Of a stretch of DNA of 64,000 bases, positions 30,960-47,821 are shown in pieces; the first letter of the stretch is position 1; each line of letters opens with the position of its first letter. The stretch spans positions 38,688,001 to 38,752,000 of the forward strand of contig OZ024749.1 in the NCBI GenBank assembly GCA_964016885.1. Reading direction: 5' to 3'. Below the pieces are notes generated by a model. The model was given only the letters and a program-made list of their open reading frames with translations. It was not told where the DNA came from and ran no database searches. The position numbers were made by a program, and so were the translations under genes. The DNA comes from Eledone cirrhosa. Taxonomy: Eukaryota.

Positions 30960-32072
30960 AGCATAGTTACGTCCCTTTACAGTCTGAGTTCAAATCCCGC
31001 CGAGGTTAACTTTGCCTTTCATCCTTACGGGGTCGATAAAATAAAGTACCAGTAATGTACTGGGTAATTGCTGGCCTTGTGCCTAAAGTAGAAACAGTTA
31101 TGTGTGACATGGATGATGTTTGTTGTCGAAAATGTCCAGCTGTGAAGTCATTTAAGTTTGGGGTAAACATTGTGCCGGGAATGTTTTCACTATTATAGTT
31201 TGTTTAATTTCTTTAAGCATATTATTATATTGGATTGGCAGTATCGGTAGAGAGTCGGACACCATGCTTTGAAGCATAGAGCTACGTCCCTTTATGATCT
31301 GAGTTCAAATCCCGCCGAGGTTAACTTTGCCTTTCATCCTTATGGGGTCGATAAAATAAAGTACCAGTAATGTACTGGGTATTTGCTGGCCTTGTGCCTA
31401 AAATAAAACAATTATTATATTAATAAATGTACAGAGTACGATAGATTGGCAGCATCGGTAGAGCGTAGGACTACATGCTGTGCGGTATATAGTTACAGAC
31501 CTTTACTTTCAGAGTTCAAATCCTGCCGAGGTTAGCTTTTTCTTTCATCCTTATGGGGTCAATATAATAAAGTACCAGTACACACTGGGGTCGATATAAT
31601 TGACTTCCCCCTCCCACCAAAATTGTTGACCTTGTACCAAAATCAGACACCATTATTATGGGCGGTGGATTGGCAGTATCAGGAGTGGGTCGAACACCAT
31701 GCTTTCCAGCACAGAGTTACGGCCCTTTATGATCTGATTTCAAATCCCGCCGAGGTTAACTTTGCCTTTCATACTTACGTGGTGGATAAAATAAAGTACC
31801 AGTCACGCACTGGGGTCGATTTAATCGACTTTCCCCTCCCCCAAAATTGCTGGCCTTGTGCCTATATAAGAAACCATTATTATGGTCAGTGGATTGGCCA
31901 CATATGTAGAGCGTCAGACAACATAATTTATGGCATATAGTTACGTCCCTTCTCGTCCTGAGTTCAAATCTTTTTTATCCTTACGGGGGTCGATAAAATA
32001 AAGTGCCAGTAACGCACTCGTTACGATTCAATCGACTTTCACCTCCCCAAAATTGTTGGCTTTGTGCCTACA
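30960..32072 (+). mobile_element. SINE-A head-to-tail cluster (five copies)
   Basis: Copies at about 30960, 31231, 31443, 31659 and 31885, of differing divergence. Confidence 0.85.
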
Positions 32073-33099
32073 AATATTTAAGGCAGTTGATTATTCGAAT
32101 ACATATTTTTATTCCTTTACATCTTGAAGCATCAAAGCTCACTTTTCTGGCTGACTTCTCCTTATTCACTAATGACTGAGCCAGCCTTGTAGCCGCTGTT
32201 CCGTAATAATGAAGCAGCCCAGCGCACATTGAAAACTTGATCAAATTTCAACAATTGACAGAGAAGGGTTGGCCTCAGCTCATGTAATTAACTCATGATT
32301 AAAGATTTATGATTTAAGGAAAACAATTCATTGTAAAATATGTGAAAATAATTCTAACCTGCAGTTATAATAAGGTCAACACTGTGATTGGCGCAGTGCC
32401 AAATGATTCCATTAGGAATATCATCAACAAATAATTTGGCAACGCCTGTCTTTCGTCTTAACATTACTGATGCACTCATCAGTTACAACAATATCACATT
32501 TTCTTCTAGATAATGTATGGATACCCCCTACCCTTTCTAACCAGCTTAGAAGCCCATCATATACATGTTTGCAATTACAGCACGTTTTAAATGTTCTAAG
32601 TCAAAATAGAATATTACAAGCTGACAATATCAATCAACTGCTTCTCTCACGCAAGCTACTTTTTTTTATAAATGGGATGGCCATAGGCACTATCCTTTTC
32701 TCAGAGGGCGTGTGAAGGCCTCGGGCGATACCCCTTCCTCGGAGTGGCTGTAAAAGCCACAAGCATTGTCTCTTCCTCCAGGCATACGTTTAATCAATAT
32801 CATCTATCTGTCAAGTTTCGAGATGCCTGTAATGTCCACGGGCAGTATCCCTTCCTCGGATGCGCGTCAAAGCCACATGCTCTGTTCCTTCTTCTGATAG
32901 GCTGTGAAGGCCAGAGGAACTGTCCCTTCCTTCAGGTCTACCAAGTAGAAAACAAATCATATTAGTAGATATTGTAAACTATACTTTTTACCACTGTCTT
33001 TCACGTCTCAACCGCGGTCTGTGCTTGTTGTTTGTGCCATAACTACCCATGACATACCATAGTATAAAACATACTTTCCACTGTTTGAAGTCGTTTCTT

Positions 33100-33900
33100 T
33101 GGAGAAGTCTAATATCCGTGGTACAGCGGTGATGTCACCAAACACGAACATGGAGCGGGTTTCATCGTTAATAAAACCTGAGTTAGCTCAGTCATCAGCT
33201 GTAGACCAGTAACCAGCAGACTCATCACGATGCTTGTGGCTGCAACATCATAGAATGTTTACGCCATACATGTGCAGTTTTCCTGAATAACAACATTGGC
33301 GTATTATTCAGAACAATAGTAAGAGTACGACAAGAATGTATCTCTCTTTTCTCCAGTGCTTTTCAACATCTTCCTGGAAAACATCATGCAAGAAACACTC
33401 TAAGACTTCAACAACTCTGTTTCTATTAGAAGATAGCCCATTACCAACCTGCAATTTGCTGATGGCATCGACCTGTTAGGAAGCAATGAAGCAGAAATCC
33501 AGGAGCTCATTACCAGACTGGAAAAAGTATCGGGAGCATACAGAACGGAGATCAGCTCAGAAAAGAGTAAGATTCTGGTTAATAGTCATAATCAGATTAT
33601 AGCAACCAACATAAAGCTGAGCAGAGGAAGACTAGAAGAAGTGAACACCTTCAAGTACCTTGGATCCACTTTTGACATGGTAAAGTTGGATGTCATATGG
33701 AAAAGCAACAATTTTCCAACGAAGCTCAAATTATACAAGTCTTTGGTGACTTCGATCCTTTAGCATGGGTGTGAGAGTTGGAATCTCACTGCTGAAATGG
33801 ATCAAAGAATCCAGAGAATAGAGATCAGTGGCTACAGCTGACTACGAAAGCGTCTAGACTGGCATCCCATCGACTGACTGCACCAGTTGCGGGAACGTGG
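33100..33900 (+). mobile_element. Degenerate RTE-like LINE (APE and RT fragments, internally deleted)
   Basis: WYSGDVTKHEHGAGFIV...SRLI (APE), then LSPVLFNIFLENIMQE...NLQFADGIDL...FKYLGS (RT), with stops and frameshifts. Confidence 0.75.
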
Positions 33901-33971
33901 TTGATAGCGAATATCTTAAGACGTACGTCGTTTCTTTATAGCATATATCGAATACATATATTGTGTGTATG

Positions 33972-34036
<65 letters not shown>

Positions 34037-34443
34037 GTTAGACGGTAAGGCGATACAAACAAGAGATGGACAGTTTGCCTTCGTCAGCTGTTTACTACGG
34101 ATTACGGATGTTTCAGCGCGTTATAAACAGAATATCTATCCGTAGCGCGCCCATAGTCTTTTATCTATCAAAAAGCCATGAGGGAAAGAAGCGATAGCGA
34201 AGAGAGAGAAAGAAAGAAAAAAAGAGAGAAGAAAAAGAAGAAAAAAGGGGAAAAAAGAAGTAAACATACCGATAGAAGGGGAAACACAGAACAATGGCAC
34301 ATGTAAGTGAGTAACCGAAGAGAAAATAGGTCAAGTTGAAAATATGTAAATATAATATATATATATATTTGATATGTTTCATAACATCATATATTATGAG
34401 GTGTATCTGTATTTGTACATCACTACTATTGCTCTATTTTCAG

Positions 34444-34690
34444 ATGCCGTATTCCTAATTTATCCAATGACACATATAACGTTCAGGATGAGTTCCACCA
34501 ATCGTTGATAAACATGTCGATACCAACTTATCTAAAAAACGGTATAGTTCACGTGGATAAATGTTCTTTCTATCCTCAAGACCAGAATGTCTCTTACGAC
34601 ATCTACCATCGACCAATCAACGCCACTTCTATGAAATGCCACAACTGGGTATATGACAAATCCATTTTTCAGAGCACCCTAGTATCTCAG
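34444..34690 (+). CDS. SLC22/Orct-like transporter, exon 2 (large extracellular loop)
   Basis: ttttcag acceptor; (R)CRIPNLSNDTY...DKC...KCHNWVYDKSIFQSTLVSQ with N-glycosylation sequons and a C..WVYD.S.F..T motif; GT donor at 34691. Phase matches exon 1. Confidence 0.92.
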
Positions 34691-35107
34691 GTATAAATTA
34701 ATATATATATCTATCTATCTCACTCTCTATATATATGTATATCTATATATACAAATATATATATGTGTGTGTTTATTTTATTTTATTCTTGTTATTCATT
34801 TATTTATAATCTCTGCTTACGAGCTGTTTTTTTTAAATGTTTTATTCAACATAATGTGAAAGAATGTTGTTTTATTGAAGGCAGGGACAAAATTGCCCGC
34901 GAAAAAAATTTATATTTGTATATAAATGTGATTTCCTTACCCAAAAAGAAGGTATTTATTATTTATGCTTTTGTACTTTTTATCTTATATTTATTTTGCC
35001 AATCTTTTTGTATGCAAGAGTGTATGTTTGGGTGTATATGTCTACTGCATGTCAATTTAAATAAACACTTCTATATATGCTGATATTTAGACACAAGTAT
35101 ATACATT

Positions 35108-35154
<47 letters not shown>

Positions 35155-36749
35155 CTAAAATTGTTCAAACAAATTTCGATCAACTGAGATTATAGGTCTT
35201 TTCTCTCTTGCCTGATTCTCTTCTCAGAATCTGAACACACTCCCAATGGGAATTTCGGTCTAGAGAATTCGATGATAGTCTCAGTTAATTGTAGTTTTCT
35301 TTCCACTCGTTATATTTAAAAAGCGATACTCTACTCTGATATTGAGTATTCTTCTTTCTCGGCCGTCAACTACATACGAGAGAAAAGAGTACTCAATACC
35401 GAGGTAGAGTTTAAATATTCATTTTATTGTGGAGATTTGCCTGCTCCTCACAGGGTCATCCTGTTAGTAACAGTAAATTAAACATGAAAAAACTTTCGAA
35501 AAGCTGTTTCTAAGCGAAACTGGCCAACTACAAAAGTACGAAACTATTTATTTTTATGTAAAAGAATTAATTTCGTTGTGTACTATACACGTGACATGAA
35601 TATAAAATAAAAACACATTCGGTGGTTTTTTCTTTTTCATATATATATATATATATATACCAGTAGTGTAGATTCCTAAGAGGCAACGCAAACATTGTTT
35701 ACTCAAAAAATATATTTATATTTATTTAATTATCTAATCATTTATTTCTGTTTCACAGTTTCTTTGACTACTAAACTTATTATCATATTAACGTGAATAA
35801 TGACTTTAATATTATAGGAGAAAATAATGAATTAATAATGGCATAAAGCTTTTTTTTTTCCGAATCTTCGAATGTGTTACAATTGGCTTAGAAAGATATA
35901 ATATCACAGTGGGAGATTACTGTCCTCAAAAACAGAGCATTCCATTTGAAAGAGATGCTGTCACTGTGTAAGTCTACTGTCACTCAAATATACAACAACT
36001 TGTAGGAAAGAGATAGGGTCACTATGTGAGGCAACTGTCCCTTAAATACACGATGACTTGTGTGAAAGATTTGTTGTGACTATGTGAGGCAACTGTCCCT
36101 TAAATACACGATAACTTATGTGAGACAGGGTGACTCTATGAAGCTACTATCTCTCAAATATGCAACAGTCATTTTACATACTCTAACATTTTTTAAACTA
36201 CACAACACTGATATTGGTGTATGGAAATCACTCCAAATGCTTGCTATAGAGTGGAGCACTAAACACACCTAAAATTATTGGTAGGAGTGGTGATGGTGTT
36301 TTTAAGCCAAATTAAATCTACCTAACACAAATTTATCAACTAGACACACATATCATTATCATCATCATCATCATCATCATGGCTATGGTACGTCCACTTT
36401 CCTTACTGACATGTGCCATAAGTTTTGCCACAGTTCAAGGCAAAACAAATTTGATGCCATGCCATCTTCATACGTTCTGTATTCTGGCATAGTTGTTATT
36501 ACTAGATACCCTTTCTGATGTCAACCACATTATAAAGTGGCCTCAGCTAAAGGCACACAAGTGCCAGGTGATGATAATGAAGGTGGTGTTCAAATCATGT
36601 GACAGATTAAGCCTACCTAACACCAGCCTGTCAACCATTCACACACTTACTCGCATCTTCCCACAAGGATGTTAGACTTTAAAGTAAGAAATAAAACCCA
36701 CTTTAATTTTTGTCATTATACATACATGCATAAATACATAGTCACATAC

Positions 36750-37200
<451 letters not shown>

Positions 37201-37394
37201 CATATATTTATTTATAAACACGAAAATATGTGTCTGCATGATTATGTAGTCAATTGCATGGGAATATGAAGAAAAATAATTTAATTTTTACTAACTTCAA
37301 TTAATATGGATAACTGTAATCATACACATATATGTATATGGTATATTATATATACACACAATTACATTATACATATCTGTGTATATATATATAT

Positions 37395-37540
<146 letters not shown>

Positions 37541-37752
37541 ATATGTATATATATATATGCATACATGTATATATATATGTGTATATGACTGTATCAACGC
37601 GCATGCTTGTGTGAGTGAGTGTGATTTAATGTATTTTTAATTTAATTTTATACTTTCAGATGATTCTTCAAAAGATCGTTAAACTGCCAATGTCGGTTTC
37701 ATTTGTCACAGGTATTTCAGGACTTCATGACAGGCATCACAGAATAAAACGA

Positions 37753-37882
37753 TACATATACATACATACATACATGCATACATACATACATACATACATA
37801 CATACATACATACATACATACATACATACATACATACGTACGTACATACATACATACATACATACATACATACATACATACA

Positions 37883-37915
<33 letters not shown>

Positions 37916-38206
37916 GCATGCATACATTCATACATTCATACATACATACATACATACATACATACATACATACATACATACATACATGCATGCATACATA
38001 CATACATACATACATACATACATACATACATACATACATACATACATGCATGCATACATACATACATACATACATGCATACATACATACATACATACATA
38101 CATACATACATACATACATACATACATACATACAAACATACATACATACATACATACATACATACGTACGTACGTACATACATACATACATACATACATA
38201 CATACA

Positions 38207-38239
<33 letters not shown>

Positions 38240-38298
38240 GCATGCATACATTCATACATTCATACATGCATACATACATACATATATACATACATTCA

Positions 38299-38331
<33 letters not shown>

Positions 38332-38490
38332 GCATACATACATACATATATACATGCATGCATACATACATACATACATACATACAAACATACATACATA
38401 CATACATACATACATACATACATACATACATACATACATACATACATGCATACATGCATACATACATATATATATATATATATACATACC
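37753..38490. repeat. (TACA)n tetranucleotide microsatellite
   Basis: Direct reading. Confidence 0.97.
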
Positions 38491-39282
38491 ACTCACACAT
38501 CTTTCCATCTCATATATCGATTATAACAGTTCGATATATTAAGAAACTTTCATATAAGAAACATGATTTAATATGTTAATTCAGATTATTGTTTCTACTA
38601 TATTGGGGAATGCAACCTGGTCTGGCGGCTCGATTTTTGAACTGGGCTGCGACGCGTTGTGTTCTTGAGCAAAACACTGAATTTCCCGGACCTTTCGATA
38701 ATAGGACTGAGGCCCCTATCATTAAAACACCCCCCAAAAAAACTCTTATAACCTTGTAGAAAGCCAGCTAAACCTATATAGTTGATGGATATAAGAACAA
38801 CATCATAGAACTGGGGCCCTTATCATTAAAACGCCCCAAAACATTTTATTAGATATAACCGTGTAGAAAGCCAGCTAAACCTACATAGTTGTGAGTTAAA
38901 CAACATCATAGGATTGGGGCCCTATCATTAAAACTCCCAAGAAACCCCATAAAAGGTGCAACCTCATAGGAGGCCAACAAAATATGTATAAGTGTGAGCT
39001 ACAAAATTTCATGTTTTACTATATTTTCTGAGTTTTAAGAAAGCTCTTACTGATAATCTGCTTAGAAGGGAAGTGAAGTATATTCGATCCAACTCTCTAA
39101 GGAAAATAGCTCTTTACTAAGTCCCACAATGAAAGTGAAAACCACAGACCGAACAGGAGGGGAATCGAATCATAGATAAGGAACTAAAACACATGGGTAA
39201 AGGGTTGACCTTCGAAACTTCGAGGTGAAGGTTCGCTGGAGACCACTTGATATCGTCCAAATAATACCAATAGGGTGTAAGT

Positions 39283-39601
39283 CAGGGGCGTGCAACAGGT
39301 GGCCCGTGGCACACAATCCGGCTCGCCAGACCAGTCAGAGTGGCCCGCAATGACCGTTTTTAATGTTTACCTTGTAGGCTTATTTAGAATGTTTTTCGTA
39401 ACCATAATACAATTTTCTGTTAGTTGACCTATAGTAAAGGGCTTCACTGATAGGGATATGTGTGTTATAATTTCCCAGTTCCAGGTTATGAAAAGAAGTT
39501 ATGGTGAATCTTTGGAATAGTGCTTAATAAATATTAATGGCCCTAAAAGTTGTTCCAATGTTCAACGGTGGCCTGCCTATGGAATATGTTGCACACCCCT
39601 T
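39283..39601. mobile_element. hAT (Charlie-like) MITE
   Basis: TIRs CAGGGGCGTGCAACA / TGTTGCACACCCCT; imperfect 8 bp TSD GTGTAAGT/CTCTAAGT. Confidence 0.6.
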
Positions 39602-39789
39602 CTCTAAGTGAGACAGATGATTGGAATTACTAAAAGTATAATAATAAAGTGACACCGTGAATGGGGTTATTTAATACCAACTAAATGAAATTATTCTTGA
39701 GTCACATCAAAATACAGAATTATTCCTAAATTTGCTGAAACGTGTAGCATAGTAAAGATGTGATACATGCTACCAGCACCGTCATCTTG

Positions 39790-39827
<38 letters not shown>

Positions 39828-40155
39828 CATAGTTTACATAATGTCGACTGTTTTAACTATTAAATACACACATCTTCGCCATCAGTTCTCTATTCTCAAT
39901 TACAAAATTTACCCGGCAGACAAGATTCTTCGTAATAAATTAATTTAGCAAAAGTTAGTGCCTTTCCTTTGCCAAAACCACTTAGTCGCATTTGGAAAAA
40001 TCATTGAATTAATTAACAATAAAATTAATTGCTTATTAATTAATTACTATTTGACATAGAGCACAAATCTTTGTCAAGCACCATATCACTATAACTCGGA
40101 GAGAAGACAGTGTGATAATCATATATATATACTCATATGTACAAAACATATACGC

Positions 40156-40227
<72 letters not shown>

Positions 40228-40564
40228 GCACACATACACACACAAACATACATAGATCGTGGGTTTTGATGATTAAATATATAGGCATGCATATACATAT
40301 GCATGTAAACATATACACATATGAATACCTAAGACAGATATGGCCTCGGCCAATACTGGCCGAAACCTATCAAAATTACCAAAGTTATGTTGATAAACAT
40401 ACATGTATAAACGTATTTAAAAATACAAAGATGTACATGCAAGTAAACTCATAATTATGCATGCAAACATATGCATATATATATATATGTGTGTGTGTGC
40501 GTGCGTGCGTGCGTGCGTGTGTGTGTGTGTGCATGTGTGTTTGTGTGTGTATATATAGATATAT

Positions 40565-40617
<53 letters not shown>

Positions 40618-40726
40618 GAGCAGAGAGGGGGAGATGTACATACGTAAAACAAACATATATACGTGTACAAAATCATAAATATATAGTTATACAATTACTA
40701 TTTACGATATATACATCTATATATAG

Positions 40727-40799
<73 letters not shown>

Positions 40800-40804
<5 letters not shown>

Positions 40805-41333
40805 ATACTTTGGGAGGGTCATGTTGCCAATAAGAAACACACGCACCAGTTGCTTTCACTTCAATTTATTATAATAAATTTATAAATTTAGGAATTTATA
40901 AATTTCTGGTTGGTTGGTTGGTTCCACAACCAGATAGTTGTTTATATATTGTCAAAGTTCTTTCGTCACACATTCTGTGACCTCTTCAGTGACTGGGGAT
41001 TCTTTTCTTTGTTTTTGTGCCTCTCCTTTGTTCTGTCCTACGCCATTTTGTTTCTGTGAAACAAAATGGCGTAGGACAGAAACAAAATGGCGTAGGACAG
41101 AACAAAGGAGAGGCACAAAAACAAAGAAAAGAATCCCCAGTCACTGAAGAGGTCACAGAATGTGTGACGAAAGAACTTTGACAATATATAAACAACTATC
41201 TGGTTGTGGAACCAACCAACCAACCAGAAATTTATAAATTCCTAAATTTATAAATTTATTATAATAAATTGAAGTGAAAGCAACTGGTGCCTGTGTTTCT
41301 TATTGGCAACATGACCCTCCCAAAGTATAACAA
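40800..41333. mobile_element. About 530 bp near-perfect palindrome in (TA)n with hammerhead motif
   Basis: Arms of about 255 bp. GTCA-CTGAAGA-g-gtcaca gaatg tgtgac-GAAA-GAAC-TT-TGAC at 41140-41182. Confidence 0.78.
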
Positions 41334-41360
41334 TATATATATATATATATATGATAGAAG

Positions 41361-41454
<94 letters not shown>

Positions 41455-41734
41455 GCAGAAGATATATATCTCAATTTAAATATCAATATATATATAAATA
41501 TAAGTATACATGTCACAGTTTACAGAACAGTTAAACCCATTCTGTTGCAAATATATGTAAACGTCTTACAATATACATAAGGTATATGAATAAACATATT
41601 TATATGCGTATGTGTCTGTGTGTATGTATATGTATGTATGTGTTCGTATGTGTGTGGTCCGGTTTTAGTAAAAGTGACATGTAATCGTGAAATTGGGTAT
41701 ATATTATATATGTGATATATATATATAAATATAC

Positions 41735-41810
<76 letters not shown>

Positions 41811-41916
41811 AGCAATATCCGTAGATGTGAAAAGGGAAAAGGGAAAACTCCTCAATAGGGAAGAGAACAGAAATATATTATTTATTTATGTTGCGTGTAT
41901 GAACATAAATATATAG

Positions 41917-42082
<166 letters not shown>

Positions 42083-42272
42083 GTGGGGAGTGATAGAGGG
42101 AGTGTGAGAGAGCGAAAAGAATAATAAAATGGATGTAATGACAAGCTGAAGCTGAGAGAGAGGAAAAGGAAGAGAGGGAGATAGGGAAGGGGACCGAGAT
42201 AGGGGGGGGGGGGAGAGAGAAGGAGAGAGCGAGCAGGAGAGGATGAGCGGGAATGAGAGCTGGTGAGGGATT

Positions 42273-42362
<90 letters not shown>

Positions 42363-42365
42363 AGG

Positions 42366-42417
<52 letters not shown>

Positions 42418-43101
42418 TGATTTTATCACAATCTGATACACGGTACTATTTTTTCATTGCTGTTTTCTTCAATATATGGAATTATGTGTTTTTGGTGTTT
42501 TAGCAACGGTTGCATGTCGTCCTTTCACTTTGAAAGAAGTAACCGATTTAAATGTCCATTTTATTTTATTTGATATCCATTTTATGCCCTGATTCAAGTT
42601 TCCCTGTTTGGATAATCTTTACAAACAAGAGATTACAGACAAATACACGACACATACATATATGCTCACACATATACACACGCATACGCACACAGTTATA
42701 TACAGCAATATGTTTAGTTTAAATGTTTAATGAAAAAAAAAGTCCTGTAATACCTTAATGAATCGTTAGTGGTCCAATGATGGCCATGAGAACAATATCT
42801 AACATGGAATGTTTTATATGATCTTACATACTTGTCACTTTGAGGTAATGAGGAAAGTAAGAAAATAATGCAAATAATTGACGAGGGTAAGAAAGATGAG
42901 AGAGAAATAGACAATATGGGAGAATAAAGAAAAGAGAAAGGCGAGAGAAAAAGTGTGAAAACGTTTGAAAAATGTTTAAATGTCATGATGGTTAGAGCTT
43001 GTATTGACTTTTAAACAAACTTTATACATATATATATATAAAGTTTATATATATATTATATATGTGTGTGTGTGTGTGTGTGTGTATGTGTGTGTGTGTG
43101 T

Positions 43102-43380
43102 GGAGGCACGTGGCCTAGTGGTAAGGATGTTGGACTTATGATCATAATGTCTTGGGTTCGATTCCTGCGTTGCGTGTCGTGTTCTTGAGCAAAACACTTC
43201 ATTTCACATTGTTCCAGTATACTCAGCTGAACATGAGTACCAGCAATAGCTGGGGGTTTAACCCTGCGATGGGCAGGCGTCTTGTCCAGGGAGAAGTCTT
43301 GTACTCTCTGTCTTTTCACGCTATGAAACCGGGATAAGCACCGGCCAAATGAGCCTTCTGGCTTAAGACAGATTTTTAAC
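43102..43380 (+). mobile_element. tRNA-derived SINE family B
   Basis: A box TGGCCTAGTGG, B box GGTTCGATTCC, then TCTTGAGCAAAACACTT; related heads at 55226-55341 (+) and 6640-6899 (-). Confidence 0.75.
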
Positions 43381-43423
43381 TTTTTAGTGTTTGTGTGTGT
43401 GTGTGTATGTGTGTGTGCGTGCA

Positions 43424-43477
<54 letters not shown>

Positions 43478-44041
43478 TGTGTGTATGAGTCGATTTCGTA
43501 GGATTCAGAAAAACATTTCTTAGCTTTGTTCTTGATATTTTTAATTTTTTTTTTTTTTTCAAATAAAAGAACCAAAGTAATATAATTCTGCCAAATTATG
43601 TCAAAACACCAGAAATCAATAGGCCGGGTAGATAAGAGGTGTTGTTCATGGATGGAATGCTCGGATCAGCTTGACCATATATTCCAAGTGACCAATTATA
43701 TATATATATTTAATTTTTTTTGTTTTTTTATTTTTGTTTTATTTGGTTTTACCAATAGTGAGTCATATTGCAGACGATTTTCAGAGAACCAGCTCCAGAC
43801 AGGTGAAGACTTGCATGGATCTTCATATATTTCAAAGAAGAACATCATATATTTATTCCTTTATTCTAAAATAATAACTTTTTTTCTAGTAAGGAGTCGG
43901 AGAAATACAAAATGGTGTTTATTTGGTTTTAGAAATACCTCTTTTTTTCCATTTTTGTTTTAAAATTTTTGACAAATATTTTCAGTGAAGATATAATTTT
44001 TCCAAAACCAATATATGAAAGTGTGAGAGTATGTATTCGTT

Positions 44042-46795
<2,754 letters not shown>

Positions 46796-46882
46796 TAACA
46801 GAATGTGTGTGTGGCTATAATAACTACATAACTACATTTATGTTGTTGATTGTTCGCTTTACTCGAAATTATATTTTATTAG

Positions 46883-46986
46883 ATGGACCTTGTCTGTGAT
46901 AAGCAGTTTGCATCCACCCATGCGCAGATGAGTGTGATGGGGGGCTTCTTGGCAGGAGCATTCGTCCTGGGAAGCTTGTCCGACAT
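46883..46986 (+). CDS. SLC22/Orct-like transporter, exon 3
   Basis: tattag acceptor; [34 protein letters not shown] (DLVC motif, TM2); GTAAGT donor; 104 nt, in phase. Confidence 0.92.
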
Positions 46987-47287
46987 GTAAGTCCACCTCT
47001 TCACCCCTATATGGGTGATTTGCAGGTACCATTGTAGTCGAATATACAAACACTCAACTTTTGCTTTTTCTCCCCACCTTTTTTTATTACTCTTTTTTTA
47101 TAATTTTATATTTTGTATTTTTATTTCCAATAAATGTTGACCATTCCTATTTAGGATACTTCTACTATATTTTGAAGCAAAAAATCACAACAGGTACACA
47201 CACACTCACGCACGCACAGTCACACGCACACGCACACATACACACATACACAAATACACACACACAAACACACACACATACACACAC

Positions 47288-47325
<38 letters not shown>

Positions 47326-47335
<10 letters not shown>

Positions 47336-47756
47336 AGAACAAAAGATGGTTAAAAGAGTTCCATGTATTTTATTATGCGCATTTCAAAAACAAATATCAT
47401 CATGCAATAATATTTGTGTTTTCATCAGATAAAATAGGAGGACATGATATGAAGGTTAAAAAACACTTGTGGATAGTTCAGTTTTAAATCAACATATCAA
47501 TATATGTTGATTTAAAACTGAACTATCCACAAGTGTTTTTTAACCTTCATATCATGTCTTCCTGTTTTATCTGACGAAAACACAAATATTATTGCATGAT
47601 GATATTTGTTTTTGAAATGCGCATAATAAAATACATGGAACTCTTTTAACCATCTTTTGTTCTTATATATTATGTATACTCCAGTCCTACAAACTGTAGA
47701 GTGCTTCTTATCCGATATCTGCATTGCTTTATTGTACTACAATAAAACTCATCTCC

Positions 47757-47761
<5 letters not shown>
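47326..47761. mobile_element. Fold-back PLE-derived element with hammerheads in both arms plus tail (family also at 571-652 and 24911-25062)
   Basis: Arms about 47326-47497 and 47502-47673 are reverse complements. Tail 47674-47761 recurs at 24975-25062 and, reverse-complemented, at 571-652. Flanked by (TA)n. Confidence 0.8.
47563..47633 (+). ncRNA. Hammerhead ribozyme motif
   Basis: TGTTTTAT-CTGACGA-stem II-GAAA-TGCGCA-TA-ATAAAATA: stem I pairs, palindromic stem III, AUA site after 47625. The minus-strand twin (CTGATGA) is at 47366-47436. Confidence 0.78.

Positions 47762-47821
<60 letters not shown>

Noticed and set aside
37660-37711. AG...GT-bounded 52 nt segment in intron 2 as an extra exon
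   Set aside because: It would break the frame, and exons 2 and 3 already join into the expected SLC22 sequence.
40800-41333. All palindromes being sequencing or assembly fold-back artefacts
   Set aside because: Recurrent families, asymmetric tails, arm mismatches and precise (TA)n boundaries argue for biology. It is not fully excluded for the most perfect ones.
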